From Geobacter metallireducens GS-15 (lineage in GTDB: Bacteria; Desulfobacterota; Desulfuromonadia; Geobacterales; Geobacteraceae), in assembly GCF_000012925.1 (NCBI RefSeq), contig NC_007517.1:390001-422000 (forward strand): DNA of 32,000 nucleotides, given 5' to 3'. Positions 16,727-27,637 of the stretch are shown here, in pieces (position 1 is the stretch's first letter; the number at the start of each line of letters is the position of its first letter). Under the pieces are notes generated by a model. That model was not told the DNA's origin. It ran no database searches and worked only from the letters and a program-made list of their open reading frames with translations. The translations under genes and the position numbers were made by a program.

Positions 16727-17431
16727 ATGCTTAACGGTTTGATTTATCTGCTCTTTTTTGTGCCGCTCACCGCCTTTTTCAGCGTGCTTGCCATGCTCGG
16801 CGGACTCGTCGATTCCCGGGGGGGATTGGCCCACCGGTGCGCCCTTGCCTGGAGCCGCGCCGGCCTCATACTGGCCGGGGTCCGTCTGAGGGTGAGCGGC
16901 GCGGAGCAGGTGCCGGCAGGGGAACCGGTGATTTTCATGGGGAACCACCAGGGGAACTTCGATATCCTCGTCCTTTCCCGGGCCGTCCCGCGCCGGTTTT
17001 CGTGGCTGGCCAAGGAGGAGCTTTTCCGCATTCCGCTGTTCGGGTCCGCCATGCGGCGGGCCGGCTACATTCCCGTGGACCGGAGTGACGGCCGCAAGGC
17101 CCTGCGGAGCCTTGACGCCGCGGCAAAGAGGATCAGGGCCGGGGCCAGCGTCATCGTCTTCCCCGAGGGGACCCGGACCGTCGACGGTTCGCTCCTCCCC
17201 TTCAAGAAGGGGGGCTTCATCCTGGCGGAGCGGGCGGGAGTGCCGATCGTCCCCTTCACCATCAACGGCAGCATGCGGGTGAACCCCCGCAATACCTGCA
17301 ACCTTGTCCGCGGCGCGGAGATCTCGGTCCGGTTCGGTGCGCCGATCCCCACCTCCGGCAGCAAAGCCCTCAAGGGGCAGCCCCTCATGGACCGGGTGCG
17401 GGACTCCATCCAGGCCGGGTTGGAACGTTAG
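16727..17431 (+). CDS. plsC: 1-acyl-sn-glycerol-3-phosphate acyltransferase
   Basis: N-terminal TM segment, HX4D motif (NHQGNFD), FPEGTR motif, and the GYIPVDR block. Confidence 0.9.
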   Translation: MLNGLIYLLFFVPLTAFFSVLAMLGGLVDSRGGLAHRCALAWSRAGLILAGVRLRVSGAEQVPAGEPVIFMGNHQGNFDILVLSRAVPRRFSWLAKEELFRIPLFGSAMRRAGYIPVDRSDGRKALRSLDAAAKRIRAGASVIVFPEGTRTVDGSLLPFKKGGFILAERAGVPIVPFTINGSMRVNPRNTCNLVRGAEISVRFGAPIPTSGSKALKGQPLMDRVRDSIQAGLER

Positions 17432-17432
17432 G

Positions 17433-17612
17433 ATGCAACTTCTTTCCCTCGCACTCATCGCCATAGGGGGCGCGGCCATGGCCTGGGGACTGCCGGCGGC
17501 CCACCGGTTGGCAAAACCGTGGGATGTTCTGGCGGCCGTTGCCGCACTCTGCGGGCTGGTTGCCGTGTTGGTGGGGGCTCTTCTTGCCGTTGTGCCGGGA
17601 TTTTTCGGATAG
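17433..17612 (+). CDS. Small (59 aa) two-helix membrane protein, unknown function
   Basis: The ATG is 1 nt after the plsC stop. MQLLSLALIAIGGAAMAWGLPAAHRLAKPWDVLAAVAALCGLVAVLVGALLAVVPGFFG has two hydrophobic helices. It is the tail of track ORF 17304..17612. Coding status is inferred from packing and hydrophobicity only. Confidence 0.5.
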   Translation: MQLLSLALIAIGGAAMAWGLPAAHRLAKPWDVLAAVAALCGLVAVLVGALLAVVPGFFG

Positions 17613-17618
17613 GAACCA

Positions 17619-18035
17619 GTGATCGAACGGACCAAGAACATCATTGCCAACGTGACGGTGATCGCCGTCATTTCCCTCCTCCTCATCGGGGGTAATACCT
17701 GGTGGCGGCAGCGGACCCAGTTCCAGCGGGGAGAAGCTGCCCTGGCGGCCCGTGATTACCTGGCCGCCATTTCCGGGTACGAGGCTGCAATCCACATGTA
17801 TACCCCGGGGAGCTCCCTGGTGGAGAACTCGGCCCGGCGCCTCTGGGATATGGGGGGCGAATTCGAGCGGGCCGGCGACCTGGAGCGGGCCCTCATTGCC
17901 TACCGGTCGCTCCGGAGCTCCTTCTACGCGGCCCGGTGGCTCGCGCAGCCGGGGGAGGAGTGGATCGAGGGGTGCGATCGGAAGATCGCGGAGATTCTCG
18001 GACGGCAGGGGTACCCCCCTCCCGCCCCGAGGTAG
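17619..18035 (+). CDS. Membrane-anchored TPR-like protein, unknown function
   Basis: GTG start with AGGA upstream. N-terminal TM segment (IIANVTVIAVISLLLIGG) followed by TPR-like helices (ARDYLAAISGYEAAI..., AGDLERALIAYRSL). Confidence 0.6.
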   Translation: MIERTKNIIANVTVIAVISLLLIGGNTWWRQRTQFQRGEAALAARDYLAAISGYEAAIHMYTPGSSLVENSARRLWDMGGEFERAGDLERALIAYRSLRSSFYAARWLAQPGEEWIEGCDRKIAEILGRQGYPPPAPR

Positions 18036-18041
18036 GGTGCC

Positions 18042-19718
18042 ATGGAAACTGATCAGAACCAACCCGCCGGCCTGCGCGTCATCCCCCTGGGGGGGGTGGG
18101 GGAGATCGGCCTCAACATGATGGTCTACGAGTACGGCGACGACATCATCGTGGCCGACTGCGGACTCATGTTCCCCGAGCCCCACATGCTCGGCATCGAT
18201 ATCGTCATCCCCGACATCACCTACCTGCGTGAGCGGGCCGACCGGGTGCGGGGGATCTTCCTGACCCATGGCCATGAAGACCACATCGGCGCCCTTCCCT
18301 ACGTCCTTCCCGAGCTTCCCGTTCCCATTTTCGGCACAGCCCTCACTCTCGGCTTCGTGCGGGAGAAACTGAAGGAGTTCGACCTCGACAGCTCCACGGA
18401 CCTGAGCGTGGTGAAGCCTCGGGAGTCGGTAACCGTCGGCCCCTTCAAGGTGGAGTTCATCCGGGTCTCCCACTCCATTGTTGACGGCTGCGCCCTGGCG
18501 ATCCGCACCCCCGAGGGGGTGGTGATCCACACCGGCGACTTCAAGATCGACCAGACCCCTGTTGATGGCGAGCTGACTGACCTGGCCTCCTTTGCCCGCT
18601 ACGGCTCCGAGGGGGTCCTGGCGCTCTTCTCCGACTCCACCAACGTGGAACGGCAGGGGTACACCCTGTCGGAGCGGCTGGTGGGGGAGGCCTTTGACGA
18701 GATATTTCCCCGCTGTCCGGGGCGGATCATCGTGGCGGCTTTCTCCAGCAACATCCACCGGGTGCAGCAGGCGGTGGAGTCCGCGGCCCGCTGCGGTCGC
18801 AAGGTGCTCCTGAACGGCCGCTCCATGATCGCCAACGTGGCCATTGCCCGGCAGCTGGGGTACCTGCGTATCCCCGACGATGTGCTGATCGACCTTCGGG
18901 AGATGCCGCGCCTGCCGCCGGAGCAGGTCTGCATGATCACTACCGGTTCCCAGGGAGAGCCCATGAGCGCCCTGACCCGCATCGCCATGGACGACCACAA
19001 GCAGATCAAGCTGGAGAAGGGGGACACGGTGATCCTCTCCTCCCGCTTCATCCCCGGGAACGAGAAGACCATCTCCGACCTCATCAACCACCTTTACCGC
19101 CGGGGGGCCGAGGTCTTTCACGAGAAGGTGTCCGAGGTGCACGTGTCGGGCCATGCCTCCCGGGAGGAGCTGAAGTTGATGATCAACCTGGTGCGGCCCA
19201 AATTTTTCGTGCCGGTCCATGGCGAGTACCGGCACCTGGTGAAGCATTCCCGGCTGGCCCAGCGGGTGGGGGTCCCGGAGGAGCGCTGCCTCGTGGTTGA
19301 GAACGGTGCAGTGATCCGCTTCGCCGACGGAGCGGCCGAGGTGGCCGGCAGCGTCGCGAACGGCCGGGTATTCATCGACGGCAAGGGGATCGGCGACGTG
19401 GGGGCGGTGGTCCTCAAGGACCGCAAGCACCTCTCCGAGGACGGAATGGTGGTGGTCATCATCTCCATCAACCCCCAGACGGGCGAGATTCTCTATGGTC
19501 CCGACATCGTCTCCCGCGGGTTCGTTTTCGAGGACGAGAGCCAGGAGTACCTGGATGAAACGAAGAAGATAGTCCTGGACCTCCTGGCCGGGATGTCGCC
19601 GGAAGTCCTCAAGGACTGGAACGAGGTGAAGCAGGAAGTGCGGCGCATCCTGAGACGTTTCTTCAACAAGACCATTGAGCGGCGGCCAGTGATCCTGCCG
19701 CTGATTATAGAGATGTAG
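18042..19718 (+). CDS. rnj: Ribonuclease J (metallo-beta-lactamase / beta-CASP RNase)
   Basis: 558 aa. [11 protein letters not shown] motif, a beta-CASP region, the typical RNase J opening ([21 protein letters not shown]) and a C-terminal domain. Confidence 0.93.
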   Translation: METDQNQPAGLRVIPLGGVGEIGLNMMVYEYGDDIIVADCGLMFPEPHMLGIDIVIPDITYLRERADRVRGIFLTHGHEDHIGALPYVLPELPVPIFGTALTLGFVREKLKEFDLDSSTDLSVVKPRESVTVGPFKVEFIRVSHSIVDGCALAIRTPEGVVIHTGDFKIDQTPVDGELTDLASFARYGSEGVLALFSDSTNVERQGYTLSERLVGEAFDEIFPRCPGRIIVAAFSSNIHRVQQAVESAARCGRKVLLNGRSMIANVAIARQLGYLRIPDDVLIDLREMPRLPPEQVCMITTGSQGEPMSALTRIAMDDHKQIKLEKGDTVILSSRFIPGNEKTISDLINHLYRRGAEVFHEKVSEVHVSGHASREELKLMINLVRPKFFVPVHGEYRHLVKHSRLAQRVGVPEERCLVVENGAVIRFADGAAEVAGSVANGRVFIDGKGIGDVGAVVLKDRKHLSEDGMVVVIISINPQTGEILYGPDIVSRGFVFEDESQEYLDETKKIVLDLLAGMSPEVLKDWNEVKQEVRRILRRFFNKTIERRPVILPLIIEM

Positions 19719-19720
19719 GA

Positions 19721-22003
<2,283 letters not shown>

Positions 22004-22009
22004 GCCGTC

Positions 22010-22309
22010 ATGACAGAGTACCCTCTCCCCCTTTTTATCCTCAATCTCATCCTCACCCTTGTCGATGCCGCCATCGGCTACCACGTGGCGCCGATGATCA
22101 TGCGCCGCTTCACCCCCGACCCGGAGACGGCGGAGCTGTCGGTGCGGGGGATGCGGACCATGCTCGGCGGGGTGGTGGCTCTCTACATGTTTTTCAACTG
22201 TCTCGGGTACTTCCGGCAGAACGGCGTCATGCTCATGGTAGTGACCGCCGTCGTGGTGGTGGATATGGTGGCGCAGTTGGTGGTGCGGCGAAAGATCGGG
22301 AAGGGGTAG
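22010..22309 (+). CDS. Small (99 aa) membrane protein, unknown function
   Basis: The ATG lies 6 nt after the ftsK stop. Three hydrophobic segments. It is followed by a terminator. Confidence 0.55.
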   Translation: MTEYPLPLFILNLILTLVDAAIGYHVAPMIMRRFTPDPETAELSVRGMRTMLGGVVALYMFFNCLGYFRQNGVMLMVVTAVVVVDMVAQLVVRRKIGKG

Positions 22310-22346
22310 GCAGGGGCAAAAATATGGGAAAAGACTCGAATACTTG

Positions 22347-22377
22347 AACGCGGCGGGCTTTCCCGTCGCGTTTTTTT
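22347..22377 (+). terminator. Rho-independent terminator ending the plsC-ftsK operon
   Basis: AACGCGGCGGG cttt CCCGTCGCGTT (one G-U pair) followed by TTTTTTT. Confidence 0.75.
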
Positions 22378-22398
22378 ATGCTGGCAGCCGGATAGATG

Positions 22399-23187
22399 CT
22401 ACTCCTCCAGCCTCCCCAAGATCCGCAGGAGACCGTCGAGGATGGTGAGGGGGTGGGGTGGACAGCCGGGGATGTAGAGGTCGATGGGGATGAGGCCGTC
22501 GGCGCCGTTGTGAACATCGGGGGAGTCGATGAAGGGACCACCGTTGATGGCGCAGGCCCCGGCGGCGATGGCGATTTTCGGCTCGGGGATCGCCTCCCAG
22601 GTCTTGAGGAGGGCGAGGTGCATGTTCTCGGTAACCGGGCCGGTGATGAAGATGCCGTCGGCATGGCGGGGGGAGGCAACGAACTGGATGCCGAAGCGCC
22701 CCAGGTCAAAGCCGACGGTGGAGAGGACGTTGGTGTCGGCCTCGCAGGCGTTGCACCCCCCTGCCGAGACCTCGCGGAGCTTGAGGGAGTGGCTGAAGAG
22801 GAATTGTCGCGTCGCGTCCAGGGGGGGGGCGAGCCTCCGGACCTCTCCGGACCGGACGATGAGGTCCTCCCGCCGGTTAACGGCCAGCCGGTGATCGCCA
22901 GTGAAAGAGATGGCGCCGTGGGGGCAGGCGCCGGCGCATTCAGGGCAGAAGAGGCATTTCCCCATGTCGAGGGCGAGGGTTTTCCCGGTCCCCGGTCCCT
23001 GGTCCCCGGTCCCGGCCGTTATGGCGCCATGAGGACAGGCGTTGGCACAGTCGGCGCACCCGCCGGGACACATTTCCGGATCCAGGAAGGGGGCCCCCCG
23101 GAAGAGTTCCGGCAGTTGCGCCGGCCCAGCGGGGTAGGCGATGGTTCGGTGTCCCTGGTGACGTCTGGCAAAGAGTGCCTTGAGCAT
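22399..23187 (-). CDS. Fusion of a 2x[4Fe-4S] ferredoxin module (HyfH/HycF/NuoI-like) to a NuoB/HyfI/HycG-type small subunit
   Basis: N-terminal half: CPGGCADCANACP and CLFCPECAGACP. C-terminal half: the NuoB-type cluster ligands GGCNACE, GACAINGG and IPGCPPHP. GGAGG lies 7 nt upstream of ATG 23187. Confidence 0.85.
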   Translation of the reverse strand: MLKALFARRHQGHRTIAYPAGPAQLPELFRGAPFLDPEMCPGGCADCANACPHGAITAGTGDQGPGTGKTLALDMGKCLFCPECAGACPHGAISFTGDHRLAVNRREDLIVRSGEVRRLAPPLDATRQFLFSHSLKLREVSAGGCNACEADTNVLSTVGFDLGRFGIQFVASPRHADGIFITGPVTENMHLALLKTWEAIPEPKIAIAAGACAINGGPFIDSPDVHNGADGLIPIDLYIPGCPPHPLTILDGLLRILGRLEE

Positions 23188-23210
23188 GGTGCGCCTCCCC
23201 TGGGGGGGAC

Positions 23211-24041
23211 CTATTCCGCTGCGGCCCCGCTATAGCCGAGTTTTACGGAGATGGTTTCGGCGGCTTTCTGGGCCAGGGGGACCAGTTCTGCGGCGACGCG
23301 CTCGTCGGAGAACCTCATGGTCGGCCCTGAGATGATGACCGCCCCGACCGTTTCAGTCCGGTAGTCGCGGATGGGGGCAGCCACCCCCCGGACTCCGATT
23401 TCAAGCTCCTCGTTGTCGATGGCGTAGCCGGCGGCGGCGATTTCCTTCAGGTGCTCCCGGAGCCGGGTGGCGTCGGTGATGGTGTTGGGAGTGAAGGGGA
23501 CCAGTTCCTTGCGGGCCAGGTAACGCTCAAGCTTCGGTTCGGAGAGGGAAGCGAGCATCACCTTCCCGGCGGCGGTGCAGTAAGCGGGCAGCCGGGAACC
23601 GAGTCGGGAGACGACCCGGACCGTGGCACGGCTTTCGACCCCGTAGAGGTAGATGCTCAGGTTTTCCTTAAGGATGGAAACGTAAGCGGTTTCATCGCAT
23701 TCCCTGACCAATTCCTCAAGAACCGGTTTTGCGTAGGGGAGGAGCGCCATCTGGCGGATCATGGTCTGGCGGATCTCAAGGGTTTTGAGTCCGAGCCGGT
23801 AGTTGCCGGTGACCCGGTTCTGTTCCACGTACCCCCGGGCCTCCAGGGTGGCCAGGAGCCGGAATACGTTGTTCTTGTGGAGCCTGAGCCGCTTTGCCAG
23901 TTCGGTTACGCCGAGCTCGGACACCCCTTCTCCGTGGAACTGCTCCAGGAGATCGAGGGCGTGGGAGACGGCAAGAATCATGTAATCGGATTTGTCTTTT
24001 TTCTGCACGGTGAGCCTCTGTCGGGTGGAGTGAAAAAGCAA
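23211..24041 (-). CDS. IclR-family transcriptional regulator embedded in the hyf-like operon
   Basis: N-terminal wHTH (ILAVSHALDLLEQFHGEGVSELGVTELAKRLRLHKNNVFRLLATLEARGYVEQ) plus an IclR-type effector-binding domain. The start is ambiguous: TTG 24041 (track), GTG 24008 (AGAGG 6 nt upstream; my preference) or ATG 23981. Confidence 0.9.
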   Translation of the reverse strand: MLFHSTRQRLTVQKKDKSDYMILAVSHALDLLEQFHGEGVSELGVTELAKRLRLHKNNVFRLLATLEARGYVEQNRVTGNYRLGLKTLEIRQTMIRQMALLPYAKPVLEELVRECDETAYVSILKENLSIYLYGVESRATVRVVSRLGSRLPAYCTAAGKVMLASLSEPKLERYLARKELVPFTPNTITDATRLREHLKEIAAAGYAIDNEELEIGVRGVAAPIRDYRTETVGAVIISGPTMRFSDERVAAELVPLAQKAAETISVKLGYSGAAAE

Positions 24042-24055
24042 ACCCGTCTCTTATA

Positions 24056-25564
24056 TCACAAATCGAACCCGCAGTAGGAGAGATTAAAACTCTTGTTGCA
24101 GAGGGGGAAGTCGGAAATCTGCTGATTCCGCAGGGCCAGGGCGAGTCCGGTCCAGTTGTGGAACGACGGGTCGACCACCTTGTAGCGGGCAAAACGGCCG
24201 GTGCCGTCGGTGATGGCAACGTGGCAGATCTCACCCCGCCACCCCTCGGTGAGAGCCACGGCCACGCTGTCCGGCGCAGGGGTGGCGGTATTCGTCACAG
24301 GAGGGCCGGCCGGCAACTGGCGGAGTTGCTCCGCTACGAAGTGGAGGGAGGCCTCCGCCTCGCGCCAGCGGACATGGGCCCGGGCAAAGACGTCACCGTT
24401 TTCCTCAACAGCCACGGCCACCGGACTCACGCCGTAGATGCCGAAGGGGGTATCCCGCCGCACGTCCCGGTCGATACCGCATGCCCGGGCCGCCGGACCC
24501 ACGAGGCCGATCTCCCGGGCCGTCTCCTGACTCACCTTTCCTGTCCCCTCGAAGCGGGCCATGACCGACTGGGTGTCCCAGAGGAGCCCCACCGCATTTT
24601 CCAGATCGTCGCTCGCGGCGGCGAGCCGATCGAGGAGCTCGCCCGCCTGCCGTTCGCCCACGTCGAAACCGACCCCGCCGGGGCGTACGATACCCCTGCC
24701 GAAACGGCTTCCACAGATATGGGCCGTCATGTTGAGGAAATCCCCCCTGATCCGGCCGCAGAAGGAGGCGGTGGGAAGATAGGCCACATCCCCGGCCAGT
24801 GCCCCCAGGTCGCCGGTGTGGTTGGCGAGCCGTTCCAGTTCCAGGGAGATGGCCCGGATGATCTCGGCCCGGGCCGACGGAACCGTCCCCCCGAGCGCCT
24901 CCATGACCATGGCATAGGCCAGGGTGTGGCCGATGGTGGTGTCGCCGGCGATGGTCTCCATCTGGAAGAGGGTTTTCGGGTGGGGGCCCTTCAGGATGCC
25001 CTCCTCAACCCCCCGGTGCTGGTAGCCGAGGGCAATCTCCAGGCTGAAGACCTCTTCGCCGTGGCACTGGAAGCGGAAATGCCCCGGCTCGATGATCCCT
25101 GCGTGGACCGGTCCCACCGCCACCTCGTGGATCTCCTCCCCCTCCACCCGGTAGTAGTCGGTGTCACCCGCCACTTTCCCGCCTAAACCTTTACGTGACG
25201 GCATGAAGGGGTGGTGGAACCGGACCGGCTTGGGCCAGGGGTGGGCCTCGGGGGTGATGCCGCACTGTTCGGCGATCTCCCGCTCGAAAAGGTGGAGTTG
25301 GGGGACGAGACGGCAGATGGAGGGAAAGGCCATTCCCGCCTCGGTTCGCATGAGCCCCAGAAGCCCGTCGTTGGGGGCGGCCATGAGGCACCAGAGGGTG
25401 GCGCCGGCGTCGGTGGGGACCCCGAAACAGGAGGCGACCCGCCATCCACGGTCGGTGGCGTCGATAATATCCTGGAGGAACTGTTCGAGGGGAAGGAGCG
25501 GCACCGAGGCCACCGGCACCGCCTCTCCGTTGCGCAGGCAGGTGAGGGAGAAGGTGCGGGTCAC
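24056..25564 (-). CDS. NuoC-NuoD / HycE / HyfG-like large subunit lacking the [NiFe]-binding cysteine pairs (Ehr-type)
   Basis: The GTG start at 25564 overlaps the upstream stop (GTGA). The 925-aa track ORF is an out-of-frame read-through into the HyfF-like gene. Hallmarks: FEREIAEQCGI (NuoC-like), GPVHAGIIEPGHFRF and LGYQHRG. The L1 position reads ETIAGDTTIGH instead of CGxCxxxH. The C-terminus reads SDFPLCNKSFNLSYCGFDL instead of DPCxxCxxR. Confidence 0.9.
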   Translation of the reverse strand: MTRTFSLTCLRNGEAVPVASVPLLPLEQFLQDIIDATDRGWRVASCFGVPTDAGATLWCLMAAPNDGLLGLMRTEAGMAFPSICRLVPQLHLFEREIAEQCGITPEAHPWPKPVRFHHPFMPSRKGLGGKVAGDTDYYRVEGEEIHEVAVGPVHAGIIEPGHFRFQCHGEEVFSLEIALGYQHRGVEEGILKGPHPKTLFQMETIAGDTTIGHTLAYAMVMEALGGTVPSARAEIIRAISLELERLANHTGDLGALAGDVAYLPTASFCGRIRGDFLNMTAHICGSRFGRGIVRPGGVGFDVGERQAGELLDRLAAASDDLENAVGLLWDTQSVMARFEGTGKVSQETAREIGLVGPAARACGIDRDVRRDTPFGIYGVSPVAVAVEENGDVFARAHVRWREAEASLHFVAEQLRQLPAGPPVTNTATPAPDSVAVALTEGWRGEICHVAITDGTGRFARYKVVDPSFHNWTGLALALRNQQISDFPLCNKSFNLSYCGFDL

Positions 25565-26994
25565 GGCACGTTTCCTCCTAATAGGGCCGCTCCTTCCGTA
25601 ATGAGGCGGCTGAGTGGTTCCGGTATCCAGATACCGAGCATGAGGACGACTCCCATAAGAATGAGCGGCGGCACCACCGTGAGGAAGCGGTCCCGGTAAC
25701 CGGTATGTTCGATGCGGCTCGATTCCCCCATCACCACCGGCAGGACCGTGCGCGCCATGCCGAGGAAAATGGCGGCCAGAAAAAAGAGGATGAGACCGCC
25801 GATCCACTCTCCTCCTTGGGTCATGGCGCTGGAGATGATGGAGAATTCGCTCACGAAGAGGCCGAAGGGGGGAGAGCCGGTGACGGCGAAGAACCCGGCC
25901 AGGAAGAGCCCTCCCGACCAGGGGAGACGCCGCAGTGCTCCCCGCACCTGCTCGCACCGTTTGCTGTTGTAGGAACGGTGGATGTTGGCGGCGGCCAGGA
26001 AGAGGACCCCCTTGGTGAGGCTGTTGTTCACCAGATGGAGGAGTGCCCCGGCCAGAGCCCCTTTGCCGAGCCCCAGGGCCACGGCCAGGATCCCCACATG
26101 CTCCACGCTGGAGTAGGCGAGCATCCGCTTGAAGTCGGCCTGGCGTGCCATGAAGACGGCGGCCGTGGCCATGGAGAGGAGGCCCATGAGGACAAGGGCG
26201 TCCCGGTGGAAGGTCGTCCCGTTGGCTGCCACGCAGACCTGGTAGGCCCGCAGGAGCCCCACGAAGGAGCAGGTCACGAGCCCTCCGGCCAGGAGCCCCC
26301 CCACGAGTCCGGGCGCTTCGCCGTAGGCGTCGGGCTTCCAGGTGTGGAGCGGCGCGAGCCCCATCTTGGTCCCGTAGCCCACGAGGAGAAACACGAAAGC
26401 CGCCTTGAGCCAGGCGGGGGAGAGGAGCCGCGCGTTCGCCACCAGGGGTTCCAGGAGAAGCGTCGGTTCGATCCGGGCCACCACGGTGGAGTAGGCCAGG
26501 AAGAGGAGCCCCAGGAGCGCCAGGGCGATCCCCACGGAGCAGATGAGCATGTACTTCCAGGTGGCCTCGATGGAGCGGGCGTTGCGGTTGAAGTAGAGGA
26601 GGGGGGTCATGGTGAGGGTGGTCGTCTCGATGGCCACCCAGAGGAGCCCCAGGTGGTGGGCAAAGGCCACGAGCGTCATGGCCGAAAGGCAGACCGGTAG
26701 CATGGCGCAGAGGAGGCGGTTCGGCCGTTCCCGGCGGTAGGCGAGATATTCCACGGCATAGAGCCCGGATGCGAAAAAGAGAAGGCTCACGGAGAGGAGT
26801 ACGAGCTTCCCGATGGCGTCCAGGTGGAGCCACATCCCCACCGAAGGGGATGTGGGGGTGAGTGCCGCCTCGATCGTCAGGGCCAGGTGGAGCGTCCCGA
26901 CGACGGGAAGCACCCAGGGACGGCTCCGGTCAGAAGGGATGAGCCAGGCCGTGATGGCGCCCAGAAGCGGTATGAGGAGGATGCCGGTAATCAT
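25561..26994 (-). CDS. NuoN/NuoM / HyfF-like antiporter-type membrane subunit
   Basis: 477 aa and polytopic, with typical complex I / Mrp antiporter-like sequence (…VEHVGILAVALGLG…, …GLAPLHTWKPDAYGEAP…). Confidence 0.9.
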   Translation of the reverse strand: MITGILLIPLLGAITAWLIPSDRSRPWVLPVVGTLHLALTIEAALTPTSPSVGMWLHLDAIGKLVLLSVSLLFFASGLYAVEYLAYRRERPNRLLCAMLPVCLSAMTLVAFAHHLGLLWVAIETTTLTMTPLLYFNRNARSIEATWKYMLICSVGIALALLGLLFLAYSTVVARIEPTLLLEPLVANARLLSPAWLKAAFVFLLVGYGTKMGLAPLHTWKPDAYGEAPGLVGGLLAGGLVTCSFVGLLRAYQVCVAANGTTFHRDALVLMGLLSMATAAVFMARQADFKRMLAYSSVEHVGILAVALGLGKGALAGALLHLVNNSLTKGVLFLAAANIHRSYNSKRCEQVRGALRRLPWSGGLFLAGFFAVTGSPPFGLFVSEFSIISSAMTQGGEWIGGLILFFLAAIFLGMARTVLPVVMGESSRIEHTGYRDRFLTVVPPLILMGVVLMLGIWIPEPLSRLITEGAALLGGNVP

Positions 26995-26995
26995 G

Positions 26996-27634
26996 CTAGT
27001 CCCTGAGGGTGGTGAGCCGCGACGTGTCGATGGACGAGAACTCGCGGCTGATCTGGTTGATGATGATCCCCATGACGAAGATGCCGACGATGAGGTCCAG
27101 CAGGACCCCCGCCTCCACCATGACTGGCATCGCCTCGGTCAGGAGGAGTCCAAAGAGGAAGATACCGTTTTCCAGCATCAGGTAACCGATTACCTGAGAG
27201 ATGGCTTTACGCCGGGTCACCAGCACGATGAAGCCGGTGAGGAGCGTGGCGATGGCCGCCGGCACGAAGAGGAGCCCCTGGTGCTCCGGAGCCAGGGGGA
27301 GGCGGGCGGCGAAGACAAAGGAGAGCCCCGTCGTGATGGCGCCGATGAGAAGCGTCGGCACATACCCCAGGTAGGGCTCCATCTCCCGGGATATCCGGGC
27401 CCGGACGATGGCGCCGGTCAGAAGCCACGGGATGATGATTCCCTTTGCCAGGATGAGGCCGCCGGTAATGACCACCAGGTGCCAGGAGAACGAGTGGACG
27501 AGGATCGGGAGGATGCCGAGGATGACCCCTTGGATGGCCACGGCGCGGATCGCCACGGCCAGGCGCCCCGAACCGAGGGCCGCGAAGTTGATGAGCATCA
27601 CGAGGACGATGAGCTGGTCCACCAGGGAAGTCAT
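26996..27634 (-). CDS. HyfE-like small polytopic membrane subunit
   Basis: 212 aa with about 6-7 TM segments. Size and position (between the HyfC-like and HyfF-like genes) match E. coli hyfE. The gap to its neighbours is 1-3 nt. Confidence 0.8.
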   Translation of the reverse strand: MTSLVDQLIVLVMLINFAALGSGRLAVAIRAVAIQGVILGILPILVHSFSWHLVVITGGLILAKGIIIPWLLTGAIVRARISREMEPYLGYVPTLLIGAITTGLSFVFAARLPLAPEHQGLLFVPAAIATLLTGFIVLVTRRKAISQVIGYLMLENGIFLFGLLLTEAMPVMVEAGVLLDLIVGIFVMGIIINQISREFSSIDTSRLTTLRD

Positions 27635-27637
27635 GGT

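Noticed and set aside
25565-26833. N-terminal 420 aa of the 925-aa track ORF 24056..26833(-), which would make a giant large subunit
   Set aside because: That part overlaps the HyfF-like gene in another frame and is Pro/Arg/Gly-rich nonsense. Recognisable NuoC/HycE-like sequence begins at the GTG at 25564, which forms a GTGA stop-start overlap with the upstream gene.
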